Notes under the pieces: generated by a model
Database searches by the model: none
What the model saw: only the letters and a program-made list of their open reading frames with translations
What the model was told of the DNA's origin: nothing
IMG/VR virus record: IMGVR_UViG_3300032268_000397
Length of the DNA stretch: 64,000 bases
Direction: 5' to 3' (one strand)
Origin: an uncultured virus (IMG/VR IMGVR_UViG_3300032268_000397)
Lineage: Duplodnaviria > Heunggongvirae > Uroviricota > Caudoviricetes
Made by a program: the position numbers and the translations under genes
In this document: one piece after another, positions 28,550 through 39,739 of the stretch
Layout: every line of letters starts with the position of its first letter
How positions within the stretch are numbered: the stretch's first letter is position 1

Positions 28550-29085
28550 TATAGTACTTTCCTAGATTCTATCTCTTTAATACGCTTGTGATAACACATT
28601 TGAAATAAAATACGAGCTTGGTTATATTCAAACATGAGTTTTTTGAAATCTTCGAATTTAATTTGTCTTGGTATGTTTTCACTGTCTAATATCATTATCT
28701 TTGCGGTATCTTCTAGCGATGCGTCTTTGCTAGATATTAATATATTCATAAGAGTATTATAAGTGCTATCATTCATAGATAATCTATAGTTGAAGCTTGT
28801 TTGCCATCCACTATTTAGGATTTCTTTTTCGCGCTCTATCATTATTTCTTTTATTTGTTTGGTTATGGGGGTATTCGTATCTACATTGTTTTTATGTGAT
28901 TTATACCAAGAGTCACCCTTGCGACTATCTACATATTCTTCTAACTTTTTTTCTGTATCAAAAACTTTTATAGTATGATTAGTAGATATCTCTCTACCAA
29001 AATATAGACTACCAAAAGATAATATGTCTGATGATACGTTGTGTATGACTGCATACCATATATTTTCAGCGATATAGTTATACAT
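28549..29085 (-). CDS. Fibre-associated / assembly protein (DUF4376-like C-terminus)
   Basis: Follows the large fibre gene; ERExxIxxG...ILDSENIPRQI...YNQAR pattern. Confidence 0.4.
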   Translation of the reverse strand: MYNYIAENIWYAVIHNVSSDILSFGSLYFGREISTNHTIKVFDTEKKLEEYVDSRKGDSWYKSHKNNVDTNTPITKQIKEIMIEREKEILNSGWQTSFNYRLSMNDSTYNTLMNILISSKDASLEDTAKIMILDSENIPRQIKFEDFKKLMFEYNQARILFQMCYHKRIKEIESRKVL

Positions 29086-32000
29086 TAATAGCCCCTAGAT
29101 CATTGATTGTCCAATCGTTAGATAGTAGATAGTTACGAGCAGACATTACTGATACAGAAGACCCATCATAATAAGATGAAGCGTGAAGAACTACTCCGCG
29201 CTGAACTTGTGCTGTAGACCATCTAACTAGAATATTGCTATATGTTCTTGTACTTAGTGAGACTGCGTTTGTAAACATAAAGCTCATATCTCTAACTTTA
29301 CTTATGTCCCAGAACCCAACGTTCTTATCAAAACTAGAGGCACCGTTAAACATATTACTCATATTTCTTACGTTATAAGTGTCCCAGCCTGCAATATCTT
29401 CATCAAAAGATATGGCACCAGCAAACATGCTACTCATATCTATAACACTACTAGTATTCCAACTATTGAGGCTTCTATTAAACGCTGTAGCTCCAGCGAA
29501 ACAGTAGCTCATGCTTACTACGCTAGACGTATTCCAGCTATCAATATCTACATTAAATGATGAGCAATTTCTAAACATATTGCTGATATCAGTAACATTT
29601 ACCACATTCCAATCTTCTAGACTAGTAGAAGAAATGGGTGGCTCATCTAAAATTGATGATGTATGATATTCACCCAAAGCTATATTACCAAAATCATTTG
29701 TACTATTTAGCTTAACTGGTAGTTCACTATTTGATAGTTGAGATGTTTGATATCCTAGCTGACCGTATGTATTATCACCCCATAGCCACATATCTTTATT
29801 ACTTTGAATTGCTGCACTATGTCTGTACCCAGCATATATATTTGTAAATGTAAGATCATTTCTAATGACACTTGGGGCGTTTATCTTATTGCCGCTGTTT
29901 TTACCTTGCTGATTGCCTAGTTGACCATAGGCATTATTACCCCATCCGTATGCCTTATCTAAAGAGTTAATTGCTAGAGAGTAGAATTCACCAGCACTAA
30001 TCTTCTTCCAAGTAGAACCGCTCAATAAGGTTGGAACATTAGCGGTATTATTGTTACCTAGGCCCAATTGACCGTAGGCATTATTTCCCCAAGCGTATAA
30101 GTTGTCAGATGTATCTATAGCTAAAGCGTGATCTCTGCCAGCGTCTACCATCTTCCAAGTCTTAATACCAATCTTAGTTGGTACATTTCTTAACACAATG
30201 TCACCAGTACCAAGTTGTGAGTATTCGTTATTACCCCAACAATATAATTCTCCATCGTCAGAGATAGCTATGCTAAAATCATGACCAGCAGATACATAAA
30301 TCCATTGTGTATCTATTTGATCTATTAGTACGGGAGACAATCTATTATTATTAGTGCCATCTCCAATTTGCCCATAAGCATTGCTGCCAAAAGCATAAAG
30401 CCTACCATTACTATCTATAGCCAAACTGTGATCACGCCCAGCAGCTATATAAGCCCAAGTTTTATTACTGATTCTAGCTGGTGTAATACGCGAAGTTCTA
30501 TCTCCATGACCTAATTGGCCAGAGCTATTATTTCCCCAAGACCATAGGTATCCTTGGTTATCAATAGCAAGAGTATGATTCTTACCATTAGCAACTTTTC
30601 TCCATCTCTTATTAGTTGATTTTCTAGGAAATGGATTAGATGCAGTAGAAGTATCATATCCTAATTGGCCATTGATATTCAGCCCAAAAGATAGTATAAA
30701 ATTACTAGTACTTTCAGTATCATCAATTGATCCAAGCGATTCGCAGTCACTAAAGAATCCCATGATGGAATTAGCTAATTGTGGAGAATCTTCAGCGGTT
30801 ACGCTTAATAGATTTGTGCATCCAGAAAATCTATCTGGTATATTATTAATGAATGTAGAAACACCACCCCATCTAGCTATATCTGTGATATATATGCGCG
30901 AATCATTATACTTAGTGTTAAAATTACTCATACTACCATCGATGCGTACTGTTAGCTCTTGTGATAGTTTGTCGTAGTAATTTTTGATTATTGAGTTAGA
31001 ACTGGTAGGAATATCTAAGAATGACTCATCACCAAAGTTAACATACATGGCTCCATAAGATCTACTACTATCATTAGTGTTAGTCTTAAAGAAATTGCCA
31101 AGATCAAAAGTAAAATCATCGGTAGCACTCTTAATCTTAAATACAAAAGAGTTGTCACTACCATAATCATTGATAATCCATTTATACTGTTGACGTAATG
31201 TTTGCCTAGCTGCATCAGATATACTATTTTTTGAATATTCTTGACTAATTCCAAAAGCTACGTCTGAACGCTTTGGAGTATCTAAATCACCCCAAAATTC
31301 TAACAGATTGTCATAGTTCTGCTTACTCATATCAGTCCCTATTAACATTCTGTTTGCATCAACCAAGTTGTCAATTCTCATTAGACTAATATCTTGATTA
31401 AAGCTAGAAGCATTTGTAAGCATAGAATTCATATTAAACACTTTACCAGTATCCCATCTTCCAATGTCTCTATTGAAAGACACAGCATTTAAAAACATAG
31501 CTCTCATGCTCTTAACATTAGAAACATCCCACTTAGAAATATCTCCATTGTAAGCAACGCAATTTAAAAACATGAAGTTCATGTCCAAGCATCTTGAGAC
31601 ATCCCAATTTTCTAGAGAGTCATTGAGGCTAATGCAATCTGAGAAACATGCGCTAAGAGTATTGCCAATCTTTGGATAATCTTTAGCTGTTATAATTAGA
31701 TTGCTGCAACCTTGGAATTGACGATCTATATTATCTATAAAGTTAAGTGGACCCCAAGATTTAACTTCTTGTATCTTTATAGAATCTCCATCTTCCTTAA
31801 ATTGCCAACCATCTATTACGCCTTGTAATGTAATAGTGTACTGGCCGGGAGTAGAGTATTCATGCAGAGACTTAGTAAGATAATTAGCGTTAGTAATGAG
31901 ATCGAATTTACCGTCACCCCAAGAAACGTAGAAGTTATAATTACCATTAGCAACTAGAGGTAGTCTTACCTCGTCGTTAAGTGAAGTGTCTAGAGTCACA

Positions 32001-35000
32001 TTAGATGTATTCCACACTGATATAAAAGCAGGGCTAGTTTTAACCTTAATCAAGTCAGAATATTCCCCAACGCCAGCAACACTTTCTGGAGCTAACTTAA
32101 ATAGATATTCTTGATTTGCGTCTAATGATCCAATAGTAAAATAATTATTTGGCCCAATAGAGTCTGATTTTGTTGTAAGGGATGCTATATCATTTTTGAC
32201 ACCAAGCATAAATGGTATGCTTTGGGTGGTAAAGTTATTGACATAAACACCATTACCATTTAAAACTCTAGTTTCGTCTAAATATCCTTTAAAGTTTTTA
32301 CTAGCATTTACAGACGGGCCGATTCTAAAGCGCGAAAATAGGAAGTTATTGTTATCTACGATGTCTGAACCAACTTGAGTTCCATTAACAAACAATCTTG
32401 TTATATTATTGGATCTAGAAACCGCGATGTGCTGCCAAGCGTTTTCTGATATTACGCCAGTTGGAACGTTTGATAATGTTGAATCTCCAGCCTTATATCT
32501 CAAAGATCTATTGCTAGATATATCTAAGTGAAAATAAGTACCATTAGCTGTAGAGTTGATTTCTCCACCACCAACAGATGGTCTAAAATCAAAGATAGAT
32601 TGTTCATTAGATAAATCTGTAGGATAAATCCAAGTCTCAACAGTAAAGTCGTTTTTAGAAAAAGCAAACAAGTAGCTTTCATCGGTTTCAATACCAAGTG
32701 GAGATGATGGACTAACGCCCATGTACAAGCTAGATGAACCAAATTTAATTATATTACCAGTAGATGTTCCAGACCTTACAGTGATTGGCGACTGCTTAGT
32801 TTTATCTACAATTAGATTATTATAATCTAGTAGTATTGCTGGATAAGAATTGTTATTAGTGATTTCTACAAAGGTATTATTGGGTGGCGTAAAGTTTTGT
32901 GTGTATTGACCAACCTTAGAAACATTGATAAGATCAGCATAGCCTTTGTATGTATTAAAACTACCAGAAGTCCAAGCTGTATTACCAAAACGGAATGACT
33001 GAGGCTGGAAATTATTGTCATCTACATAGACACCAGAGTGCTGAACTCCATTTATAAATAATTTACTAATACCATTTTTCCTAGAAAGAGCAACATGCGA
33101 CCAAGAACCAGATGGTATTGCAGAACCAGAACTTTGTATTCTTGTAGATCCATCAGTAATGTAAGATATAGATCTATCACTATTTAATGTCAAGTATAGA
33201 TATGTTCCATCGACTACTCCAGCATCATTAATAGATAAACTATTGACATTACTTGGTCTAAAGTCAAAGAGTGGTGTTGTTCCACTAATAGCAGTTGGAT
33301 AGATCCAAGATTCAATCGTAAAGTCTTTTTTACCGAAATGTAAGTTGGAAGATATATCACTAGAAACAACGTTATTACCACTAGACGGGAAAAATAGACT
33401 ATGATTACCAAACTTTTTCACAACAGTGGATTGACTAACTAAATTTCCAGAATTTTCAATACTTAATGAATCGTCTGTTACTTCTTCAAAGTTTAATATA
33501 ACAGATGAATAATCACTTGGAGCATATAGGTTATTGTTATATGATTGACCAACTGAGTGATTGGTTGTATATAAGCCAACGCCTTTCAAAACTCTAAAGT
33601 CATCTATATAACCAATAAAGTTTTGATTTACATAATCTGGCCTATTATTCCAAGATGTATAACCTATTCTGCAATTTTGATTAAGAAAATTGAAACGATC
33701 ACTTTCTAAAGAACCGGCAATTGTGCCGTTAACAAATACTCTAGTTACGCCTTGATTTCTTGATACTTCAACCTTATTCCAATTACCCAAAGAAAGATTT
33801 CCACTAGTAGATATTCTAGCCTTGCCATCTGTATAATAATTAAGACCCCTATTTTGATTGACAGTAAGAAGGAAATAAGTTCCACCGGGATCAGAATTTT
33901 TATTTGTGGGTCTAAAGTCAAAAAGAAAATATTCGTTATCTAACGCTAATGGGTATACCCAAGATTCAATAGTAAAATCTTTTACCCCAAAAGCTAACTC
34001 ATTATTGCTAAACTGTTGTAAAAATCCATTGCTTCCATTTCCAGGTATAAATAATCCACTAGCACCATTTTTAGCTACAGAGACTAGCTGTGAATTACCA
34101 ACAAGCCCAGAAGATTGTTCAAAATTAAGATTAATTGCTTGATAATTTATGGCGTTTAGCTTGTATTGCGCATCAACAAAGTTATAATTAGGCTTTGTAA
34201 AGTTATTAACATATACTCCAACGCCGTTTACAACTCTGATTCCGTCTACTTTACCAATGAAGTTTTTAGATGGATTTGATAACGATGTATCATAACCAAA
34301 AGCGAATGGAGAAGATAAATATTTTAAGTTGTCTGCATATCCACTAGAAACTACAGTACCGTCAACGAAAATTTTACTAATATTGTTGAAGCGCGAAAAG
34401 GCGACATGGTGCCAAGTGCCACTCGTAAGCACAGTATTAGTTACAAAGCCCGATCTTTGGGCCTCTGAATCTCTATACTCAAGTCTTCCGTTTGGCTTGA
34501 CTCTTAATAAGAAGTATTCACCCTCTAGGTCTTCTGCGTCTGGATTTAATCCATTTTTTCTAAAGTCGAATAATATAGATTCTTTATTTACATCGTCTAA
34601 CTTTACAAAGCACTCAACAGTAAAGTCATTTAGACCAAATTCCAAATCTTTAGATGATTCAGCATAAAGACCTCTAGCACTGCTTAATCCTTGTAGTAAA
34701 ATACTTTTTGTTCCAACGGCAGAGTCTGAGCTATAGTTAACAGAACCTAATTTGTTTACAGTGAGTGATCCTAAGTTAGCTGAATTATATACTCTTAAAT
34801 CTTCTGTAGTTCCACGATCAAAATCTCTTAGGTTTTCAAAATCTAAGCAATACACAGAAGGTGTACCGATCTTAATAGAATGATCTATAACTGGTAGTGG
34901 CTGAGTTGGGTTAGTCCAGTTTAATATAATGCCACTATTACTTTCAGCAAAACCAATAAAGTTTGTTGGCTTGAGTGGTGGATTTGTAGTATTTGCGTTA

Positions 35001-37483
35001 ACTATATTACTTGCAGCACTATTATAGTTATTGTTAAAAGACTGAAGAGTAATGTTATATAGCTTATCTCTATCAAGGCTAGAGATAGTAACAGAGCGCC
35101 TTAAGTCTACTGATGGAGAATCTGGAACAACTTGATCATATCTATTGTAGAGATCGTATTGATTTGTTGGATATGAAACTACGCCACTTTGCGTGATGCT
35201 TGAAACTCCATAAAAAGTAATATTCTTAAATGTCTGCATGGTAATTGCCATTGGAACACCAGAAAGTGCAGCAATTCCACTATTAAGATATACTGGATAA
35301 AAATAACCATTATTTGCACCAAACGAACCAGAAACAGCGAAAGCTGTGTTGTCAAAATTATTAAATCTTACTAAGGCTCTATAATCCAAAGAGCTAACTG
35401 GTTCACCGGGATGACCGGCAAATTCTGGTAAAATAAATGATAGAGTAGCTGAATCAAACGTTACACTTTCTAGCTGAACTGATCGCGGTGGACTTGGTGG
35501 GCCAATGCTTCTTACTAATAAGCTTGCTGGTGTACTATAGCTACTAGAACCTACACTATTAGTAGCGCGAACCCTAACTGTATAAAATGCGCCACCGTTT
35601 GGGCTTTCTGCAACTTCGCCCTGAATGCCATTAGTATTATTTAGCGTGTATGTATTAACCGATCCAATGGTTAGGTATTGAGCTACACCGCTTAGTGGAG
35701 TATACTCTAGTTCATAAGCACTAATATTTGCTCCACCATTATCTGGAGTTGTCCAGTTAATAGTTATAGAATCAATATTGTTATTTGCAATAGATGTAAT
35801 TAAAGGAGAAAATGGAACTGTTGGATTGGGAACAGATTGGAAAATATTGGAATATGCACCAGAGCCAACAGCAGAAACAGCGGCAACTCTAAAAGAGTAA
35901 GTCTGACCATTAACAAGACCATTAACATTTTGTCTTGGTTCAGAGTTTTCGCCACCATAAGTTAACCATCCAGAGTTTGCAACTCCGCTATATTGAACTA
36001 TATAATCAATAATGCCTAGGGAGCTATTAGGGGCAGTCCAGCTTAAATGTACGGATTGATTTTTTGGCACACCGCTTAAATTAATGGGAGCATCTGGTGG
36101 AATGAAAGAGTTATCACCGAATGATCTAATATCAAAAGCATTGCCTAGATATATTCTTCTCCATTGTCCGCTAGGAGTATAGGCATAAAGATATTGATTA
36201 TCTAATACGAGTTGACCGTTGATTCCAACAACTTCACTATACTGAATTGTACCAGTTGGAATGAACGACTTGCCAGACAAAGCTATATTAAGATTAAGAT
36301 CGTTTAGTAGAAAGCTACTTACAGCATCAGAAACCATCAATTCAACTTTACCAGATGAAACATAAGGCTCATTATTAAATACAAGTTGATTATTTGCATT
36401 CTGGTATAAAATACTATTGCCACTGCCTATATTATTAGATGGAATCAATCTAATACCACTACTAATATTTAATCTACCTAATATATCAACCACTCCACTT
36501 ATTTCTACGTCTGCTATTGGAGCAATCCCCGGCTTGCCTATAGATAATTTATGGTTTATTGAATCCCACTGGAAATACTGATCTGATCCAATAGTATTGT
36601 TATTAACCCAAAATGTAATTCTTCCAGCGTGATTTACGCCACTAGAATATGAAGCATACGTATTTGATAGCGGTGGCAAATCAGACATTGTAATTGTGCG
36701 AAATGACGGATAATTTGGATTACATGGTGGAGCGCCACATCCACTTGGCGGGCCAGCGAAAAATAATCCAGCGTTTTGCTTCTTAAGTAATATGTATTGA
36801 TTGACGGCACCACTAAGCTGAACAACGTCACTAAGTCCAGTTGTTTGGCTTAATAATGATTCATTGTATGCGTCTATGTCTAGTTTATTTTTTAGGAAAT
36901 GTTCACTCTGAGTACCTGACGCAAATTTAATGCCAGAATTTCCAACGATGTATCCAGAAGCATTAATAATTGACTCATAACTCTGGCCACCAATATCAAT
37001 AGCAAAAGAAGGATTAGATTTATTAATACCTAATCTATTTAGTGTAGAATTCCAAACTAAGTTAGGATCATAATCTAGAGTGTGTGAACCACCCCAGATA
37101 GCTAGTCCGCTAACTTGTGGATTATTGTAAGACCCTATTCCAGAACCAGTATAGACAGAATGACTAGCTGGATATGTTACATATACTTCCTTAAGCCCAG
37201 TTGACCAATTGATAATTGCGTTGGTACTAGTTCTAATGGGAAATCTTTGGATTTGATTACTAAGTATACTGTCACTAGCAGAAAAATCTGATCTCAAAAA
37301 GATACCAGAACCAATTTCATAATTATTACCATCAGTAATAGCATAAAATAATACGCCGCTGTGAGGATAGACAGAAGCAAATGAGCTAAATCCGGCTGGA
37401 GAGCCTTCTAGTATAATATTGCCAGAACCCGTTGTATAACTTAATTCTTTTATTCTATCATACAATACTATTTTATCTGACAT
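29078..37483 (-). CDS. Giant fibre/adhesin (2801 aa): fibre N-terminal anchor, FN3 repeats, 4 LamG-like domains, DUF285/BspA-like repeats, RCC1 propeller
   Basis: DRIKELSYTTGSG N-terminus; FN3 motifs (VHLSWTAP..YSFRVAAVSAVGSG); LamG motifs (DFT(I/V)ExW(I/V)YP, WxHVAxSR, F.G.(I/L)D..R); WDVSNVKSMRAMF repeats; RCC1 repeats (AGRDHSLAIDSNGRLYAFGSNAYGQIGDG). Confidence 0.85.
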   Translation of the reverse strand: MSDKIVLYDRIKELSYTTGSGNIILEGSPAGFSSFASVYPHSGVLFYAITDGNNYEIGSGIFLRSDFSASDSILSNQIQRFPIRTSTNAIINWSTGLKEVYVTYPASHSVYTGSGIGSYNNPQVSGLAIWGGSHTLDYDPNLVWNSTLNRLGINKSNPSFAIDIGGQSYESIINASGYIVGNSGIKFASGTQSEHFLKNKLDIDAYNESLLSQTTGLSDVVQLSGAVNQYILLKKQNAGLFFAGPPSGCGAPPCNPNYPSFRTITMSDLPPLSNTYASYSSGVNHAGRITFWVNNNTIGSDQYFQWDSINHKLSIGKPGIAPIADVEISGVVDILGRLNISSGIRLIPSNNIGSGNSILYQNANNQLVFNNEPYVSSGKVELMVSDAVSSFLLNDLNLNIALSGKSFIPTGTIQYSEVVGINGQLVLDNQYLYAYTPSGQWRRIYLGNAFDIRSFGDNSFIPPDAPINLSGVPKNQSVHLSWTAPNSSLGIIDYIVQYSGVANSGWLTYGGENSEPRQNVNGLVNGQTYSFRVAAVSAVGSGAYSNIFQSVPNPTVPFSPLITSIANNNIDSITINWTTPDNGGANISAYELEYTPLSGVAQYLTIGSVNTYTLNNTNGIQGEVAESPNGGAFYTVRVRATNSVGSSSYSTPASLLVRSIGPPSPPRSVQLESVTFDSATLSFILPEFAGHPGEPVSSLDYRALVRFNNFDNTAFAVSGSFGANNGYFYPVYLNSGIAALSGVPMAITMQTFKNITFYGVSSITQSGVVSYPTNQYDLYNRYDQVVPDSPSVDLRRSVTISSLDRDKLYNITLQSFNNNYNSAASNIVNANTTNPPLKPTNFIGFAESNSGIILNWTNPTQPLPVIDHSIKIGTPSVYCLDFENLRDFDRGTTEDLRVYNSANLGSLTVNKLGSVNYSSDSAVGTKSILLQGLSSARGLYAESSKDLEFGLNDFTVECFVKLDDVNKESILFDFRKNGLNPDAEDLEGEYFLLRVKPNGRLEYRDSEAQRSGFVTNTVLTSGTWHHVAFSRFNNISKIFVDGTVVSSGYADNLKYLSSPFAFGYDTSLSNPSKNFIGKVDGIRVVNGVGVYVNNFTKPNYNFVDAQYKLNAINYQAINLNFEQSSGLVGNSQLVSVAKNGASGLFIPGNGSNGFLQQFSNNELAFGVKDFTIESWVYPLALDNEYFLFDFRPTNKNSDPGGTYFLLTVNQNRGLNYYTDGKARISTSGNLSLGNWNKVEVSRNQGVTRVFVNGTIAGSLESDRFNFLNQNCRIGYTSWNNRPDYVNQNFIGYIDDFRVLKGVGLYTTNHSVGQSYNNNLYAPSDYSSVILNFEEVTDDSLSIENSGNLVSQSTVVKKFGNHSLFFPSSGNNVVSSDISSNLHFGKKDFTIESWIYPTAISGTTPLFDFRPSNVNSLSINDAGVVDGTYLYLTLNSDRSISYITDGSTRIQSSGSAIPSGSWSHVALSRKNGISKLFINGVQHSGVYVDDNNFQPQSFRFGNTAWTSGSFNTYKGYADLINVSKVGQYTQNFTPPNNTFVEITNNNSYPAILLDYNNLIVDKTKQSPITVRSGTSTGNIIKFGSSSLYMGVSPSSPLGIETDESYLFAFSKNDFTVETWIYPTDLSNEQSIFDFRPSVGGGEINSTANGTYFHLDISSNRSLRYKAGDSTLSNVPTGVISENAWQHIAVSRSNNITRLFVNGTQVGSDIVDNNNFLFSRFRIGPSVNASKNFKGYLDETRVLNGNGVYVNNFTTQSIPFMLGVKNDIASLTTKSDSIGPNNYFTIGSLDANQEYLFKLAPESVAGVGEYSDLIKVKTSPAFISVWNTSNVTLDTSLNDEVRLPLVANGNYNFYVSWGDGKFDLITNANYLTKSLHEYSTPGQYTITLQGVIDGWQFKEDGDSIKIQEVKSWGPLNFIDNIDRQFQGCSNLIITAKDYPKIGNTLSACFSDCISLNDSLENWDVSRCLDMNFMFLNCVAYNGDISKWDVSNVKSMRAMFLNAVSFNRDIGRWDTGKVFNMNSMLTNASSFNQDISLMRIDNLVDANRMLIGTDMSKQNYDNLLEFWGDLDTPKRSDVAFGISQEYSKNSISDAARQTLRQQYKWIINDYGSDNSFVFKIKSATDDFTFDLGNFFKTNTNDSSRSYGAMYVNFGDESFLDIPTSSNSIIKNYYDKLSQELTVRIDGSMSNFNTKYNDSRIYITDIARWGGVSTFINNIPDRFSGCTNLLSVTAEDSPQLANSIMGFFSDCESLGSIDDTESTSNFILSFGLNINGQLGYDTSTASNPFPRKSTNKRWRKVANGKNHTLAIDNQGYLWSWGNNSSGQLGHGDRTSRITPARISNKTWAYIAAGRDHSLAIDSNGRLYAFGSNAYGQIGDGTNNNRLSPVLIDQIDTQWIYVSAGHDFSIAISDDGELYCWGNNEYSQLGTGDIVLRNVPTKIGIKTWKMVDAGRDHALAIDTSDNLYAWGNNAYGQLGLGNNNTANVPTLLSGSTWKKISAGEFYSLAINSLDKAYGWGNNAYGQLGNQQGKNSGNKINAPSVIRNDLTFTNIYAGYRHSAAIQSNKDMWLWGDNTYGQLGYQTSQLSNSELPVKLNSTNDFGNIALGEYHTSSILDEPPISSTSLEDWNVVNVTDISNMFRNCSSFNVDIDSWNTSSVVSMSYCFAGATAFNRSLNSWNTSSVIDMSSMFAGAISFDEDIAGWDTYNVRNMSNMFNGASSFDKNVGFWDISKVRDMSFMFTNAVSLSTRTYSNILVRWSTAQVQRGVVLHASSYYDGSSVSVMSARNYLLSNDWTINDLGAINV

Positions 37484-37502
37484 AATTAATCCTTATTAGC
37501 GA

Positions 37503-38489
37503 TCAAATGAATGGGTTAAAATTGGAAGCATAAGTACTTGATACACCGCTAGCCTCATTGACTGTAGAACCAAGGTCTTCTCCGAAAACAATGGCGTCAT
37601 TTATTTCAGCATCAACGTATTCACCGGCCTCATTAAGAACCACGAATGTGAAAAAATGTCCATCAATAGCATTATATCCACGTTTAGTTCCAACGGTATT
37701 TCTTTCAAAATCGCTCATGTCATCGCTGTCGGTTCTAGCGTTACTATTAGCTACTACAACAAAGTTATTAGATCCAGTAGATAGCACACCATTTTTAAGA
37801 TAAATAACATACTTACCTGGGGATGTTCTAGTAATACGTCTAATATTGTAAGAATTTTTGACTACAGGAATAGCGGTAGGAACACCACTATTCGCACCAT
37901 CAAATGTGATCCAAGCTTTAGCAACTGACTTGCCGCTAGAAAATCTAGAATTGTCTGTACTAAATACAAACTCTCCAGAATTACCTACTAAAATATTTTC
38001 TTTACCAACGTTTTGATTAGTACCGCCTTGATATTGAAAACGAAGGCCAACATTTGAGTACCCAGAAGCGCCGATCCAATTGTTGGCTAATCCAAGATTT
38101 CCAGCCATTACTCTACTACCGTCTAATGTTAAAAAGACGGAGTGAGCAGAGTTATTATCTCTATTAGATAAATCATTATGATTAATACCGGTGGGGCCGG
38201 GATATGGTACTGTCTGATCTTTTAGGCTTGAAGAAGCGTTAGGAAAACTAATGCCGTTTTCAGCAACAAAAAACCCAGTTCCAGTATCACCAAGGGTTCT
38301 TTTAACTCTAACGTTTTTACCAAACGGAGTCTGAAGATTGAAATCTCCACTAGCAATAATAGAATTCATCGAATCAACAGCGTTAAAAAGATTATTTCTA
38401 ATATCTGCTGCTGAAATTAATCCAGCATTATTATCAGCTAAATCTACATTTATATTGTTTAATAAGACCTGTTTACTAAGAATGGGCAT
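37503..38489 (-). CDS. Fibre-type structural protein (328 aa) sharing an N-terminal domain with 51174..56819
   Basis: N-terminus MPILSKQVLLNNINVDLADNNAGLISAADIR; C-terminal AKAWITFDG...SYNIRRITRTSPGKYVI resembles phage fibre tip domains. Confidence 0.65.
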   Translation of the reverse strand: MPILSKQVLLNNINVDLADNNAGLISAADIRNNLFNAVDSMNSIIASGDFNLQTPFGKNVRVKRTLGDTGTGFFVAENGISFPNASSSLKDQTVPYPGPTGINHNDLSNRDNNSAHSVFLTLDGSRVMAGNLGLANNWIGASGYSNVGLRFQYQGGTNQNVGKENILVGNSGEFVFSTDNSRFSSGKSVAKAWITFDGANSGVPTAIPVVKNSYNIRRITRTSPGKYVIYLKNGVLSTGSNNFVVVANSNARTDSDDMSDFERNTVGTKRGYNAIDGHFFTFVVLNEAGEYVDAEINDAIVFGEDLGSTVNEASGVSSTYASNFNPFI

Positions 38490-38507
38490 CTTCTATCCTC
38501 CAATGTT

Positions 38508-39056
38508 CTAAAAATAATTTCCGTCTCTTGTGTCGTTGTAACGTCGTGATACAAATTCGCTAGCAGGACTGTATGGGCCAAGAACTGCTTGACCAGCTTG
38601 TATTCCAAACACCTTATAATCTAATAGATATTCATCATAGCGTGAGCATATATCGTTACGGTAAGCCGCTATAGTGCTAGCAACACCGCGTAAATCAATA
38701 GAGGATGGTCCATCCTTAATTGATATAGCATTACCAGCCTCCATCTTTAATTCGCCACCAAGTATAATACACGCAGTTTTTAATCCAACCAGATTAATAA
38801 AATCAAAATCTTCAAGTTCTGCTGGATTGGGAGAAATATAATCTATGCCAATATTATATCTTGTTTTAAAATCAGCGTCTTGTTGAACAAATCTTGCTGC
38901 AACACAAATGACTTGATTAATACGACCATCTGAGTATTTATAGCTGGAAGAATCTAAATCGTTTATCCAAGTTCGCACAATGCTTGGTATTTCAAAATTA
39001 CCTGTTGAATTATTATGTAGTGTGCCAGAAGTTGGTAGTATACCAGATGTGGACAT
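38508..39056 (-). CDS. Putative head-tail adaptor
   Basis: IVRTWINDL..YKYSDGRI and IKDGPSSIDL pattern typical of adaptor proteins; AGGAG RBS. Confidence 0.6.
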   Translation of the reverse strand: MSTSGILPTSGTLHNNSTGNFEIPSIVRTWINDLDSSSYKYSDGRINQVICVAARFVQQDADFKTRYNIGIDYISPNPAELEDFDFINLVGLKTACIILGGELKMEAGNAISIKDGPSSIDLRGVASTIAAYRNDICSRYDEYLLDYKVFGIQAGQAVLGPYSPASEFVSRRYNDTRDGNYF

Positions 39057-39080
39057 AGTATTCTCCTGAGTAAGTTAACG

Positions 39081-39093
39081 ACTTACTATACAC
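39081..39093 (-). promoter_or_regulatory. Putative late promoter motif (GTGTATAGTAAGT) upstream of the adaptor gene
   Basis: Intergenic; identical to 26521..26533; overlaps a 7-bp inverted repeat AGTAAGT/ACTTACT (39069-39087). Confidence 0.6.
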
Positions 39094-39154
39094 TTAATTG
39101 CATGATTGATTAATAGTGATATAGGATAAAGCTAGTACTAAACGTAAATATAGA

Positions 39155-39739
39155 TCACTGATTTTCCCAAGCTTCTTTATTAGCACAAAAGCCAAACATA
39201 AATAAAATTCTTGGATTATTGCCAGAACAAGTTTCAACACTGTGATAGTATTCACTAACTAAGTAGGCCATCAAATCCCCTTCATTAAGATCATACGTTT
39301 TATCTTCAACGTGAATAACGCCACCGTTTTCAGCTTTACTAGCAAGAATATTAAATCTTAACGCTACAGTATCTTGAACTTGATGATCTACTGATGGGTC
39401 TTTATGCCTGTAAACATCACCAGTATTATATGTTATGCTGACAACCACGCCATCTTTTCCGTGATCTTTAATAACTTCAGCGTCTTTAACAAGGGGAAAG
39501 GTTTCTCTTAGTCTATTTTGAATAGAGGAAACGAGATCGGGATAATTTATATTATCACCAGCCATTCTGTTTGTTAATCTATTCTTTACTCTTACAAACT
39601 CTTTAGTATCCCAATTGCCACCTACACCATCAACAAATTGTTCTGAACTATTCTCTACTGCCCAATTTTTAAGCGCAGCGCATTCTTCTGGAGTAATAAA
39701 ATTTCTTACTAGTAATACCTTACCATCAAATTTACCCAT
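39155..39739 (-). CDS. 2OG-Fe(II) oxygenase (prolyl-hydroxylase-like)
   Basis: NFITPEEC N-terminus, Y..G..YRHKD (HxD), ENGG, YYHSV (distal His), NPRILF (2OG-binding Arg). Confidence 0.85.
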   Translation of the reverse strand: MGKFDGKVLLVRNFITPEECAALKNWAVENSSEQFVDGVGGNWDTKEFVRVKNRLTNRMAGDNINYPDLVSSIQNRLRETFPLVKDAEVIKDHGKDGVVVSITYNTGDVYRHKDPSVDHQVQDTVALRFNILASKAENGGVIHVEDKTYDLNEGDLMAYLVSEYYHSVETCSGNNPRILFMFGFCANKEAWENQ

